From the NCBI GenBank assembly GCA_030390025.1, contig JASTWF010000639.1, positions 1-64,000 on the forward strand: a stretch of 64,000 nt of DNA, in the 5' to 3' direction. The notes below the pieces were generated by a model. It was not told where the DNA came from. It did no database searches and saw only the letters and a program-made list of their open reading frames with translations. The number at the start of each line of letters is the position of its first letter. Position 1 is the stretch's first letter. A program made the translations under genes and the position numbers. Of the stretch, positions 13,281 through 25,214 are shown in pieces. This DNA is from Squalus acanthias (Eukaryota).

Positions 13281-14350
13281 TCATAGAATAACAGCAAGTT
13301 ACATCGAGTGCACCGCACAGAAAACAGGCCATTCGGCCCCACTCTTCCGTGCCGGTGTTTATGCTCCACACCAGCCTCCTCCCACCCCTCGTCATCTCAC
13401 CCCATCACCATATCCTTCTATTCCTTTCTCCCTCCTGTGTTTATCCAGCTTCCCCTTAAACGCATCTCTGCTCTTCGCCTCAACCACTCCCTGTGGTAGC
13501 GAGTTCCCCATTCTCACCACTCTCTGGGGAAAGAAGTTTCTCCTGAATTCCCGATTGGATTTATCAGTGACTATCTTATATTGATGGCCCCTAGTTCTGG
13601 TCTCCCCCACAAGTGGAAACATCGTATCTACGTCTACCCTATCGAACCCTTTCATAATTTTAAAGACCTCTATCAGGTCACCCCTCAGCCTTCTCTTTTT
13701 GAGAGAAAAGAGCCCCAGCCTGTTCAATCTTTCCTGATCGTTGTAACCTCTCAGTTCTGGTATCATCCTTGTAAATCTTTTTGGCACCTTCTCCAGTACC
13801 TCTATATCCTTTTTATAATATGGAGACCAGAACAGTGCACAGTGCTCGAAGTGTGGTCTAACCAAGGTATATGGAGACCAGAACTGTGCACAGTGCTCCA
13901 AGTGCGGTCTAACCAAGGTATATGGAGACCAGATCTGTGCACAGTGCTCCAAGTGTGGTCTATCCAAGGTATATGGAGACCAGAACTGTACACAGTGCTC
14001 CAAGTGTGGTCTATCCAAGGTATATGGAGACCAGAACTGTACACAGTGCTCCAAGTGTGGTCTATCCAAGGTATATGGAGACCAGAACTGTGCACAGTGC
14101 TCCAAGTGTGGTCTAACCAAGGTGTATGGAGACCACAACTGTGCACGGTGCTCCAAGTGTGGTCTAACCAAGGTATATGAAGACCAGAACTGTGCACAGT
14201 GCTCCAAGTGTAGTCTAACCAAGGTATATGGAGACCAGAACTGTGCACAGTGCTCCAAGTGTGGTCTAACCAAGGTATATGGAGACCAGAACCGTGCACG
14301 GTGCTCCAAGAGTGGTCTAACCACAGTTCGATATAAGTTAAACATAACTT
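13281..14350 (-). mobile_element. CR1 LINE 3' fragment with in-frame 51-bp tandem expansion
   Basis: ORF 13392-14345 has about 10 copies of LVRPHLEHCAQFWSPYT followed by the normal CR1 C-terminus; attctatga tail. Confidence 0.9.
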
Positions 14351-14371
14351 CTCTTTCCCTAAACCCAGATC

Positions 14372-16630
14372 TCCAACAACTTCCATTTATACACCGCCTT
14401 TAACGTAGTAAAACGTCCCAGGGCGCTTCACAGGAGCGATTATCAAACAAAATTGAAACCGAACCGCATCAGGAGATATTAGGACAGGCGACCAAAAGCT
14501 TGGTCAAAGGGATCGGTTTTAAGGAGCGTCTTAAAGGAGGAGAGAGAGGCGGAGAGGTTTAGGGAGCGAATTCCAGAGCTCGGGGGTCCAGGCGGCTGAA
14601 GGCACGGCCGCCAATGGTGGAGCGATGGAAATCGGGGGGATGCGCAAGAGGCCAGAATCGGAGGAGAGCAGAGATCTGGGAGGGTTGTAGGGGGCTGGAG
14701 GAGCTTACAGAGATAGGGAGGGTTGTAGGGGCTGGAGGAGGTTACAGAGATAGGGAGGGTTGTAGGGGCTGGGGGAGGTTACAGAGATAGGGAGGGCAGT
14801 AGGAGGCTGGAGGAGGTTACAGAGATAGGGAGGGTTGTGGGGGCTGGAGGAGGTTACAGAGATAGGGAGAGTTGTAGGGGCTGGAGAAGATTACAGAGAT
14901 AGGGAGGGTGTAGGGGCTGGAGGAGGTTACAGAGATAGGGAGGGTTATAGGGGCTGGAGGAGGTTACTGAGATAGGGAGGGTTGTAGGGGCTGGAGGAGG
15001 TTACAGAGATAGGGAGGGTTGTAGGGGCTGGAGGAGGTTACTGAGATAGGGAGGGTTGTAGGGGCTGGAGGAGGTTACAGAGATAGGGAGGGTTGGAGGG
15101 GCTAGAGGAGGTTACAGAGATAGGGAGGGTTATAAGGGCTGGAGGACATTGCAGAGATAGGGAGGGATGTAGGGGCTGGAGGAGGTTACAGAGATAGGGA
15201 GGTTTGTAGGGGGCTGGAGGAGGTTACAGAGATAGGGAGGGTTGCACGGGCTGGAGGAGGTTACAGAGATAGGGAGGGTTGTAGGGGCTGGAGGAGGTTA
15301 CAGAATTAGGGAGGGTTGTAGGGGCTGGAGGAGGTTACAGAGATAGGGAGGGTTGTAGGGGCTGGAGGAGGTTACAGAGATAGGGAGTGTTGTAGGGGCT
15401 AGAGGAGGTTACAGAGAGAGGGAGGGTTGTAGGGGGCTGGAGGAGGTTACAGAGATAGGGAGGGTTGTAGGGGCTGGAGGAGGTTACAGAGATAGGGAGG
15501 GTTGTAGGGGCTGGAGGAAGTTACAGAGATAGGGAGGGTTGTAGGGGCTGCAGGAGGTTACAGAGTAAGGGAGGGTTGTAGGGGCTGGAGGAGGTTACAG
15601 AGATAGGGAAGGTTGTAGACGGCTGGAGGACGTTGCAGAGATAGCGAGGGTTGTGGGGCTGGAGGAGGTTACAGAGATACGGAGGGTTGTAGGGGGCTGG
15701 AGGAGGTTACAGAGATAGGGAGGGTTGTTGGGGCTGGAGGAGGTTACAGAGATAGGGAGGGTTGTAGGGGGCTGGAGGAGGTTACAGAGATAGGGAGGGT
15801 TGTAGGGGGCTGGAGGAGGTTACAGAGATAGGGAGGGTTGTAGGGGGCTGGAGGAGGTTACAGAGATAGGGAAGGTTGTAGGGGCTGGAGGAGGTTACAG
15901 AGATAGGGAGGGTTGTAGGGGCTGGAGGAGGTTACAGAGATAGGGAGGGTTGTAGGGGGCTGGAGAAATTTGCAGAGATAGGGAGGGGGGGCGAGGAGGT
16001 TACAGAGATAGGGAGGGTTGTAGGGCTGGAGGAGGTTACAGAGATAGGGAGGGTTGTAGGGGCTGGTGGAGGTTACAGAGATAGGGAGGGTTGTAGGGGC
16101 TGGAGGAGGTTACAGAGATAGGGACGGTTGTAGGGGCTGGCGGAGGTTGCAGAGATAGGAAGTTATGTCGGGGCTGGAGGAGGTTACAGAGATAGGGAGA
16201 GTTGTAGGGGCTGGAGGAGGTTGCAGAGATAGGAAGTGTTGTAGGGGCTGGAGGAGGTTACAGAGATAGGGAGGGTTGTAGGGGGCTGGAGGAGGTTGCA
16301 GAGATAGGGAGGGTTGTAGGGGGCTGGAGGAGGTTGCAGAGATAGGGAGGGTTGTAGGGGCTGGAGGAGGTTGCAGAGATAGGGAGGGGGGGCGAGGAGG
16401 CCGAGGAGGGATTGGAACATGAGGCTGAGAATTTTGAAATCGAGGCGTTTCGGGACCGGGAGCCAATGTAGGTCAGCGAGCGACAGGAGAGGTGACGGGA
16501 GAACAGGACAAGGGAGCGAGTTCGGACATGGGGCAGCGGAGGTTGGGATGAGCTGAGGGTGTGAGATGGGAGGCCGGCCCAGGAGAGCGGTGGAATGGTC
16601 AAGTCGGGAGGCGAGGAAGGCAGAGTCAAT
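14372..16630 (-). mobile_element. L2 LINE fragment with 37-bp array (about 14680-16385)
   Basis: [28 protein letters not shown] reads directly into the array. Confidence 0.85.
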
Positions 16631-16684
16631 CGAGCGAGAGAGGCACGGCCCCCAGCGGGCGAGCACAGGTCGTCCTGAACTCAC

Positions 16685-16993
16685 ACTTAACGTCGAGAAG
16701 CAGGGTCTGCCAAGACACAGCGTCGGCGAACGGGTATCGGACTCCGCAATCCACGCGTACACCATCGTCTTTGATTGAGGGAACGAAGGTCAGAGAGGTG
16801 GAAAATAGCGAGGTGGAATTGTCCCTCTCAGTCACGATGATGTTGGTGGTGGAAATGTTTAGAACATTGACTTTGATCCAGATCATATTAGGCCCTGAAC
16901 CCCCGCAGGTGTCGAGAAAGGTGCAGTTCAGAGTCGTTGTGATGTTGTCGATAATTTCCGAAGGGTAGGATATGTTGGGTTTCCACTCCAGAT
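16685..16993 (-). CDS. Siglec-like gene A, Ig domain 2 exon
   Basis: cacag acceptor, gtgagt donor, 309 nt. DLEWKPNISYP..LNCTFLDTCGGSGPNMIW..SLTFVPSIKDDGVRVDC; the extra Cys fits the Siglec V-D2 interdomain disulfide. Confidence 0.92.
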
Positions 16994-17024
16994 CTGTGGG
17001 GGTAAGGAACGCAGATTTAGTATC

Positions 17025-17615
17025 ATAAGATAAAGAGGAGGCCCATTCAGCCCCCTCGAGCCTGTTACACAGGAACAGGAGGAGGCCCATTCAGCCCCTC
17101 GAGCCTGTTACACAGGAACAGGAGGAGACCCATTCAGCCCCCTCAAGCCTGTTACACAGGAACAGGAGGAGGCCCATTCAGCCCCTCGAGCCTGTTACAC
17201 AGGAACAGGAGGAGGCCCATTCAGCCCCCGTGAGCCTGTTACACAGGAACAGGAGGAGCCCATTCAGCCCCCTCGAGCCTGTTACACAGGAACAGGAGGA
17301 GACCCATTCAGCCCCTCGAGCCTGTTACACAGGAACAGGAGGAGGCCCATTCAGCCCCTCGAGCCTATTACACAGGAACAAGAGGAGGCCCATTCAGCCC
17401 CTCTAGCCTGTTACACAGGAACAGGAGGAGGCCCATTCAGCCCCCGCGAGCCTGTTACCATAGGAACAGGAGGAAGCCCATTCAGCCCCTCGAGCCTATT
17501 ACACAGGAACAGGAGGAGGCCCATTCAGCCCCTCTAGCCTGTTACACAGGAACAGGAGGAGGCCTATTCAGCCCCCTCGAACCTGTTACACAGGAACAAG
17601 AGGAGGCCATTCAGC
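17025..17615 (-). repeat. 43-bp CR1-tail minisatellite
   Basis: Reverse complement of the 575-868 unit. Confidence 0.85.
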
Positions 17616-17619
17616 TTTG

Positions 17620-17910
17620 CTCTGTATCTAACCCGTGCTGTACCTGCCCTGGGAGTGTTTGATGGGACAGTGTAGAGGGAGCTTTACTCTGTATCTAACC
17701 CGTACTGTACCTGCCCTGGGAGTGTTTGATGGGGACAGTGTAGAGGGAGCTTTACTCTGTATCTAACCCCGTGCTGTACCTGCCCTGGGAGTGTTTGATG
17801 GAACAGTGCAGAGGGAGCTTTACTCTGTATCTAACCCGTGCTGTACCTGCCCTGGGAGTGTTTGATGGGGACAGTGTAGAGGGAGCTTTACTCTGTATCT
17901 AACCCGTGCC
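17620..17910. repeat. Short 67-bp-unit array
   Basis: Same unit as 2975-12803, about 4 copies. Confidence 0.9.
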
Positions 17911-18019
17911 CTGCGGAGTGTTCGACGCTGTCTCTTTATCTAGAATGAGGAAGTGGTCCAATCACGGCTTTGGGGTCCCTTAATCGGACGAGAATAAAAT
18001 TCCTTCGTATCAAACCGAC

Positions 18020-18388
18020 CTGAAATTGTCAGATCAAGGGGCTGGTTTCCGTCAGTGTAATTAACCGTAGCATCCTCAACTCTGAACTGGTACGTTCCAT
18101 TGTCACCATCTCTGAGGTCGTTTATGATCAGGGAACAATCCAGATCGGAGAGGTTGCCGGACAGCCGAGTCCGAGATCGGTAATCCTGGTTTACGGAGTT
18201 TCGGTCCGTGTGGTAAACCGTGGCCTCCGTGGTGAGATTATAGTCTTTGTACCAGATGAACACGAGCCCCGTTAGATCCACAGCCTCTGGAGCAGTGTAA
18301 TTACAAGGTATGAGGACACACAGGCCTCTCTGCGCTGTCAGACGGTTCAGAGTCGGCTGCGTCCAGTTCAAAGCGGTCGAAAGCACGC
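18020..18388 (-). CDS. Siglec-like gene A, V-set Ig domain exon
   Basis: ccccag acceptor, gtcggt donor, 369 nt, phase 1-1. GLCVLIPC (two Cys), IWYK, DCSLII (E-strand Cys), DNGTYQFRVE (essential Arg, no F-strand Cys): Siglec V-set signature. Confidence 0.93.
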
Positions 18389-18552
18389 CTGGGGAACAAT
18401 GAAAGGCAGGTTCAAGTCACCGTACGATAAATTCATCTCTTTCCATTGGAATCAAAAGAGCATAGATACATAGAACAGTACAGCACAGTACAGGCCCTTC
18501 GGCCCTCGATGTTGTGCCGAGCATTGTCCGAGACCAAGATCAAGCTAGCACA

Positions 18553-21060
18553 GAGAGACTCCCATCTCTCCAGCGCCTTTCACCACTTCAGGACGTCCCA
18601 AAGCGCTTCACAGCCAATGAAGCACTTTTTTTTCAAGTGTGGTCACTGTTGTAATGTAGGAAACGCGGCAGCCAATCTGCGCACAGCAAGATCCCGCGAA
18701 CTGCAATGTGCTAATGACCCAGATCATCTGTTTTTAGTGATGTTGGTTGAGGGATAAAGTACTGAGGGAGCGCCGGACTGTCGGAGGGGCAGTACTGAGG
18801 GAGCGCCGCACTGTCGGAGGGGCGGTACTGAGGGAGCGCCGCACTGTCGGAGGGGCGGTACTGAGGGAGCGTCGCACTGTCGGAGGGGCAGTACTGAGGG
18901 AGCGCCGCACTGTCGGAGGGGCGGTACTGAGGGAGCGCCGCACTGTCGGAGGGGCAGTACTGAGGGAGCGCCGCACTGTCGGAGGGGCGGTACTGAGGGA
19001 GCGCCGCACTGTCGGAGGGGCGGTACTGAGGGAGCGCCGCACTGTCCGCGGGGCGGTACTGAGGGAGCGCCGCACTGTCCGAGGGGCAGTACTGAGGGAG
19101 CACCGCACTGTCCGAGGGGCAGTACTGAGGGAGCGCCGCACTGTCGGAGGGGCGGTACTGAGGGAGCGCCGCACTGTCGGAGGTGCCGTCTTTCGGATGA
19201 GACATTAAACCAAGGCCCCGTCTCCCTCTCAGGCGGATGTAAAAGAGCCCATGACCATTATTTGGAAGAAGAGCAGGGGAGTCATAGTCATACAGTCATA
19301 ACGGCACAGAATGAGGCCATTCGGCCCATCGAGCCCGTGCCGGCTCTCTGTAGATCAATCCAGTCCGTCCCATTCCCCCGCTCTATCCCCGTAACCCTGC
19401 GAGTTTATTTCCCTCAAGTGCCTATCCAGTCTCCCCTTGAAAACATTGAGTGTCTCCGCTTCCACCACTTCCGTCGGCAGCGAGTTCCATGTCCTCACCA
19501 CTCGCTGCGTAAAGAAGTTTTTTCTTACATCCCTCCTGTATCTCTTGCCCAAAATCTTAAATCTGTGTCCCCTAGTCCTTGTACCATCAACTAGTGGGAA
19601 CAGCCTTTCCCTGTCTAGCCTATGCAAACCCGTCATAATCTTGTACACCTCGATTAAATCACCCCTCAACCTACTTTGCTCTAATGAAAACAAATCCAGC
19701 TTCTCCAACCTGTCCTTGCAGCTAAGATCCCCCATCCCCGGAACCATTCTGGTAAATCTCCTCTGCACCCTCTCAAGGGCCTTCACATCCTTCCTAAAGT
19801 GTGGTGACCAGAACTGGACGCAATACTGCAGTTGTGGCCTAACCAGCGCTTTATAAAGGTTCAGCATAACTTCTCTACTTTTGTACTCAATACCTCTATT
19901 TATGAAGCCCAAGATCCCATATGCTTTGCTAACCACTCTCTCAATATGTCCTGCCATCTTCAGGAACCTATGTACATTAACTCCCAGGTCCCTCTGTCCC
20001 TACACACTCTTTAAAACTGTGCCATTAAGTGTATGTTGCCTCTTCCTGTTCCTTCTGCCAAAATGCATCACCTCACACTTCTCTGTATTAAATTCCATCT
20101 GCCACTTGTCTGCCCATTCTGCTAGCCTTTCTATGTCCTGTTTCAGTCGATTGGTATCATCCTCACTGTTTGCCACACCCCCAAGTTTGGTGCCATCGGC
20201 AAATTTAGAAATTCTACTCTGTATTCCAATATCCAGGTCATTTATATATATCAAAAAAAGCAGTGGCCCCAGCACTGACCCTTGGGGAACACCACTGTCC
20301 ACCATCCTCCAGTCTGAAAAACAGCCATTTACCACAACTCGCTGTTTTCTGTCCTTAAGCCAATTCCTTATCCAAGCTGCCACTGACCCACCTATTCCAT
20401 GAGCCTCAATTTTGTTAACCAGCCTTCTATGTGTTTCTTTGTCAAACGCCTTCCTAAAATCCATGTGGACAACATCCATTGCATTCCCTTCATCAATCCT
20501 CCCTGTTACTTCATCAAAACATTCAATCAGATTAGTCAAACACGATCTGCCTTTTACAAATCCATGTTGGCTCTCCTTAATTAGCTTAAACCTCTGCAAG
20601 TGTCCGTTAATTTTTTCCTTGATTATTGTTTCTAAAACTTTACCCACCACTGCTGTTAAACTGACCGGCCTGTAGTTACTAGGATTGTCCTTACACCCTT
20701 TCTTGAACAATGGTGTCACATTTGCCACTTTCCAATCCTCAGGCACCTCCCCCACATCTAGGGAAGATTGGAAAATTATGACAAGCCCTTCCGCTATCTC
20801 CTCCCCCAAATTCCCTTAGCAACCTGGGAAGCAAGCCATCTGGACCAGGCGACTTATCCACTCTAAGCATACCCAGTCTTTCTAGTACATAGCCAGCCTT
20901 TCTCATTCTCCCCGGTATCCTGGGGGCCAATATTTATCCCTCAATCAACATCAGTAATACAGATTATCTGGTCATTATCACATAGCTGTTCGTGGGATCT
21001 TGCTGTGTGCACTTTGGGACGTCCTGAGGTCGTGAAAGATGTTGTATGAATCATTCTTTC
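18553..21060. mobile_element. Deu-domain SINE fragments (inverted pair) with 33-bp array (about 18759-19180), interrupted by a CR1
   Basis: gtgccgtctttcggatgagacattaaacc Deu-domain start; the SINE resumes at about 20905 after the CR1. Confidence 0.7.
19283..20880 (-). mobile_element. CR1 LINE, reverse-transcriptase region and 3' end
   Basis: NYRPVSLT, QHGFVKGRSCLTNL, GVPQGSVLGP, KFADG; frameshifted. Confidence 0.92.
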
Positions 21061-21189
21061 TTTCTATCTCTCTTTTTTTCTTTCTTCCTTTCTGTCTCTC
21101 TTTCTTTCTCTCTCTCGTTCTTTCTCTCTCGCTACTTCCTTCCTTTTGCCATCAGACACGACCTTGATAAGGGATTTCCCGGCAGACAT

Positions 21190-22130
21190 TCATAGCATCA
21201 CAGAATCATAGAATGGTTACAGCAGGGAAGGAGGCCATTCGGCCGCTCGAGCCCGTGCCGGCTCTCTGCAAGAGCACTTCAGCTAGTCCCAGCCCCCCGC
21301 CCTTTCCCCGTAGCCCTGTGAATTTTTTTCCTTCAGGTACTTATCCAATTCCCTTTTGAAAGCCACGGTTGAATCAGCCTCCACCACCCTCTCAGGCAGA
21401 GCATTCCAGATCCTAACCACTCGCTGCGTAAAAACAGATTTTCCCCATGTCGCCTTTGGTTCTTTTGCCAATCACCTTAAATCTGTGTCCTCTGGTTCTC
21501 CACCCTTCCGCCAATGGGAACAGTTTCTCTCTATCTACTCTGTCCAGGCAATTCATGATTTTGAGCACCTCTATCAAATCTCCTCTCAACCTTCTCTGCT
21601 CCAAGGAGAACAATCCCAGCTTCTCCAGTCTCTCCGCATCACTGAAGTCCCTCATCCCTGGAACCATTCTGGTCAATCTCCCCTTAACCTTCTCTGCTCT
21701 AAGGAGAACAATCCCAGCTTCTCCAGTCTCTCCGCATCACTGAAGTCCCTCATCCCTGGAACCATTCTGGTCAATCTCCCCTTAACCTTCTCTGCTCTAA
21801 GGAGCACAATCCCAGCTTCTCCAGTCTCTCCACATCACTGAAGTCCCTCATCCCTGGGACCATTCTGGTCAATCTCCTCTCAACCTTCTTTGCTCTAAGG
21901 AGAACAACCCCAGCTTCTCCAGTCTCTCCACATCACTGAAGTCCCTCATCCCTGGAACCATTCTGGTCAATCTCCTCTCAACCTTCTCTGCTCTAAGGAG
22001 AACAACCCCAGTTTCTCCAGTCTATCCACGTAACTGAAGTCCCTCATCCCCTGGAACCATTCTGGTAAATCTTTCCTGCACCCTCTCTAAGGCCTTCACA
22101 TCCTTCCTAAAGTGCGGTGCCCAGAATTGG
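21190..22130 (-). mobile_element. CR1 3' fragment with internal 98-bp tandem repeat (about 21589-22070)
   Basis: [32 protein letters not shown] segment repeated about 5 times. Confidence 0.85.
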
Positions 22131-22234
22131 AGGTGAGCCTGCCTTTCCTCTTTCAGGTAGTGACAGGTCCGCTCTGTGGGTTTAATTCGGATTTCCCCAT
22201 CCTCTGTCTCTGGTTACTAAGGCCCTGTTCGTAC

Positions 22235-22283
22235 CTTGAACCAGAGCGGCAATCGAGAGCACGGCGATCACTGGGCCAGTCAT
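22235..22283 (-). CDS. Siglec-like gene A, signal-peptide exon (coding part; exon 22235-22320)
   Basis: Minus strand: tttttcag acceptor, ATG at 22283, MTGPVIAVLSIAALVQ + G then gtac donor (phase 1). Joins in frame to the V exon (..VQ-G-VLSTALNW). Confidence 0.85.
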
Positions 22284-22349
22284 GTTCAGAGACCAGTTTC
22301 ACAGCGAATCAGTCACGGATCTGAAAAATAAACCCACAGGGTAAACATC

Positions 22350-23430
22350 AACATCGACAACTTGCATTTATATAGCGCCTTTAACGTAGTAAAACGTCCC
22401 AGGGCGCTTCACAGGAGCGATTATCAGACAAAATTTGACACCGAGCCACATAAGGAGATATTAGGACAGGTGACCAAAAGCTTGGTCAAAGAGGTCGGTT
22501 TTAAGGAGCGTCTTAAAGGAGGAGAGAGAGGCGGAGAGGTTTAGGGAGGGAATTCCAGAGCTCAGGGCCCAGGCGGCTGAAGGCACGGCCGCCAATGGTG
22601 GAGCGATGGAAATCGGGGGATGCGCAAGAGGCCAGAATTGGAGGAGCGCAGAGATCTGGGAGGGTTGTAGGGGGCTGGAGGAGGTTACAGAGATAGGGAG
22701 GGTTGCAGGGGCCGGAGGAGGTTACAGAGATAGGGAGGGTTGTAGGGGCTGGTGGAGGTTACAGAGATAGGGAGGGTTGTAGGGGGCTGGAGGAGGTTAC
22801 AGAGATAGGGAGTGTTGTAGGGGGCTGGAGGAGGTTACAGAGATAGGGAGGGTTGTCGGGGCTGGAGGAGGTTACAGAGATAGGGAGGGTTGTAGGGACT
22901 GGAGGAGGTTACAGAGATCTGGGAGGGTTGTGGGGGGCTGGAGGAGGTTACAGAGATAGGGAGGGTTGCAGGGGCTAGAGGAGGTTACAGAGATAGGGAG
23001 GGTTGTAGGGGCTGGAGGAGGTTACAGAGATAGGGAGGGTTGTAGGGGGCTGGAGGAGGTTACAGAGATAGGGAGGGTTGTAGGGGCTGGAGGAGGTTAC
23101 AGAGATAGGGAGGGTTGTAGAGGCTGGAGGAGGTTACAGAGATAGGGAGGGTTGTAGGGGCTGGAGGAGGTTACAGAGATAGGGAGGGTTGTAGGGGCTG
23201 GAGGAGGTTACAGAGATAGGGAGGGTTGTAGGGGCTGGAGGAGGGTACAGAGATAGGGAGGGTTGTAGAGGCTGGAGGAGGTTACAGAGATAGGGAGGCG
23301 AGGAGGCCATGGAGGGATTTGAACACAAGGATGAGAATTTTGAAAGTGAGGCGTTGCCGGATTGGCAGCCAATGTAGGTCAGCGAGGGCCAGGGGGGGTG
23401 ACGAGTGAAGGGTGTGAGTTAGGACACAGG
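22350..23430 (-). mobile_element. L2 fragment with 37-bp array
   Basis: Same structure as 14372-16630. Confidence 0.85.
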
Positions 23431-23431
23431 G

Positions 23432-24003
23432 CAATACTACCCCTCCAACAGTGCAGCGCTCCCTCAGTACTGGCCCTCCGACAGTGCAGCGCTCCCTCAA
23501 AACTGGCCCTCCGACAGTGCAGCACTCCCTCAGTACTGCCCTTCCGATAGTGCAGCGCTCCCTCAGTACTGGCCCTCCAACAGTGCAGCGCTCCCTCAGT
23601 ACTGGCCCTCCGCCAGTGCGGCGCTCCCTCAGTACTGCCCCTCCAACAGTGCAGCGCTCCCTCAGTACTGGCCCTCCGACAGTGCAGCACCCTCTCAGTA
23701 CTGCCCCTCCGACAGTGCAGCGCTCCCTCGGTACTGCCCCACCGACAGTGCAGCGCTCCCTCAGTACTGTCCCTCCGACAGTGCGGCGCTCCCTCAGTAC
23801 TGCCCCTCCGACAGTGCGGCGCTCCCTCAGTACTGCCCCTCCGACAGTGCGGTGCTCCCTCAGTACTGCCCCTCCGACAGTGTAGGCGCTCCCTCAGTAC
23901 TGCCCCTCCGACAGTGCGCCCTCCCTCAGTACTGCCCCTCCGACAGTGCGGCGCTCCCTCAGTACTGCCCCTCCGACAGTGCGGCGCTCCCTCAGTACTG
24001 CCT
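23432..24003 (-). repeat. 33-bp minisatellite
   Basis: Unit tcagtactgcccctccgacagtgcggcgctccc. Confidence 0.9.
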
Positions 24004-24334
24004 CGGGGAGAGATGGCCTGGATTAAAAGGCTCAGTGTGGTGATGATTGAGACAGAAAGTGCACGGATGAACCGTAGACAGAAGTGAAAAGGTGAAGTTG
24101 AAGATGTTGAATTTCTCGATATAACACGACAGCTCTTTTTCATCACATTAGGCAACATATTGCACACATGGTGAGAATTTCACAATCGTTCTCCCTGGCA
24201 GCCCAGTCATTGTGAAACCAGCCCAGCCTGAACACTTTAGTTAAAGCTTTTACCGGGAAACTGCAGTCTCCCTGGTTTAAGTGCAACGAAAAGGGTTAGA
24301 GTGCAGGAGAGGAGGAAGTGAGAAAGAATGAGAG

Positions 24335-25068
24335 AGACTCCCATCTCTCCAGCACCTTTCACCACCTCAGGACGTCCCAAAGCGCTTCACAGCCAATGAA
24401 GTTCTTTTTTTGAAGTGTGGTCGCTGTTGTGATGTGGGAAACGCGGCAGACAATTTGTGCACAGCAAGCTCCCACAAACAGCAATGTGATAATGACCCAG
24501 ATCATCTGTTTTTTAGTGATATTGATTGAGGGATAAATATTGGTCCCAGGACGCTGGGGAGAACTCCCCCTGCTCTTCTTCGAAATAGTGGCCGTGGGAT
24601 GTTTTACGTCCACCTGAGAGGGCAGACGGGGCCTCGGTTTAACGTCTCATCTGAAAGACGGCACCTCCGACAGGGCGGCGCTCCCGCAGTACTGCCCCTC
24701 CGACAGTGCGGCGCTCCCTCAGTACTGCCCCTCCGACAGTGCGGCTCTCCCTCAGCACCGCCCATTCGACAGTGCGGCACTCCCTCAGTACTGCCCCTCC
24801 GACAGTGCGGCTCTCCCTCAGCACCGCCCATTCGACAGTGCGGCGCTCCCTCAGTGCTGCCCCTCCGACAGTGCGGCGCTCTCTCAGTACTGCCCCTCCG
24901 ACAGTGCGGCGCTCCCTCAGTACTGCCCCTCCGACAGTGCGGCGCTCCCTCAGTACTGCCCCTCCGACAGTGCGGTGCTCCCTCAGTACTGGCACTGGGG
25001 AGTGTCAGCCTGGATTATGGGGCTCGAACCCACGACCTTCTGACTCAGAGGCGAGTCATGGCTGACAC
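24335..25068 (-). mobile_element. tRNA-headed Deu-domain SINE (SacSINE1-like) with internal 33-bp array
   Basis: Head (gagtcagaaggtcgtgggttcgagcccc), array, Deu domain and L2-like tail in order on the minus strand. Confidence 0.75.
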
Positions 25069-25214
25069 TTAAGAGAGAGGGAGTGGGGGAAGAGAGGGAG
25101 TGAACGGGAGAGGGGAAGAAGGGGCAGGAGAGAATAGGAGAGAGGGAAGAGAGGGTGGCGAATAGGAGGGGGACAGAGAGAGAGAAGGAGAGGGGGAGAG
25201 AGAAAGGGTAGAGA

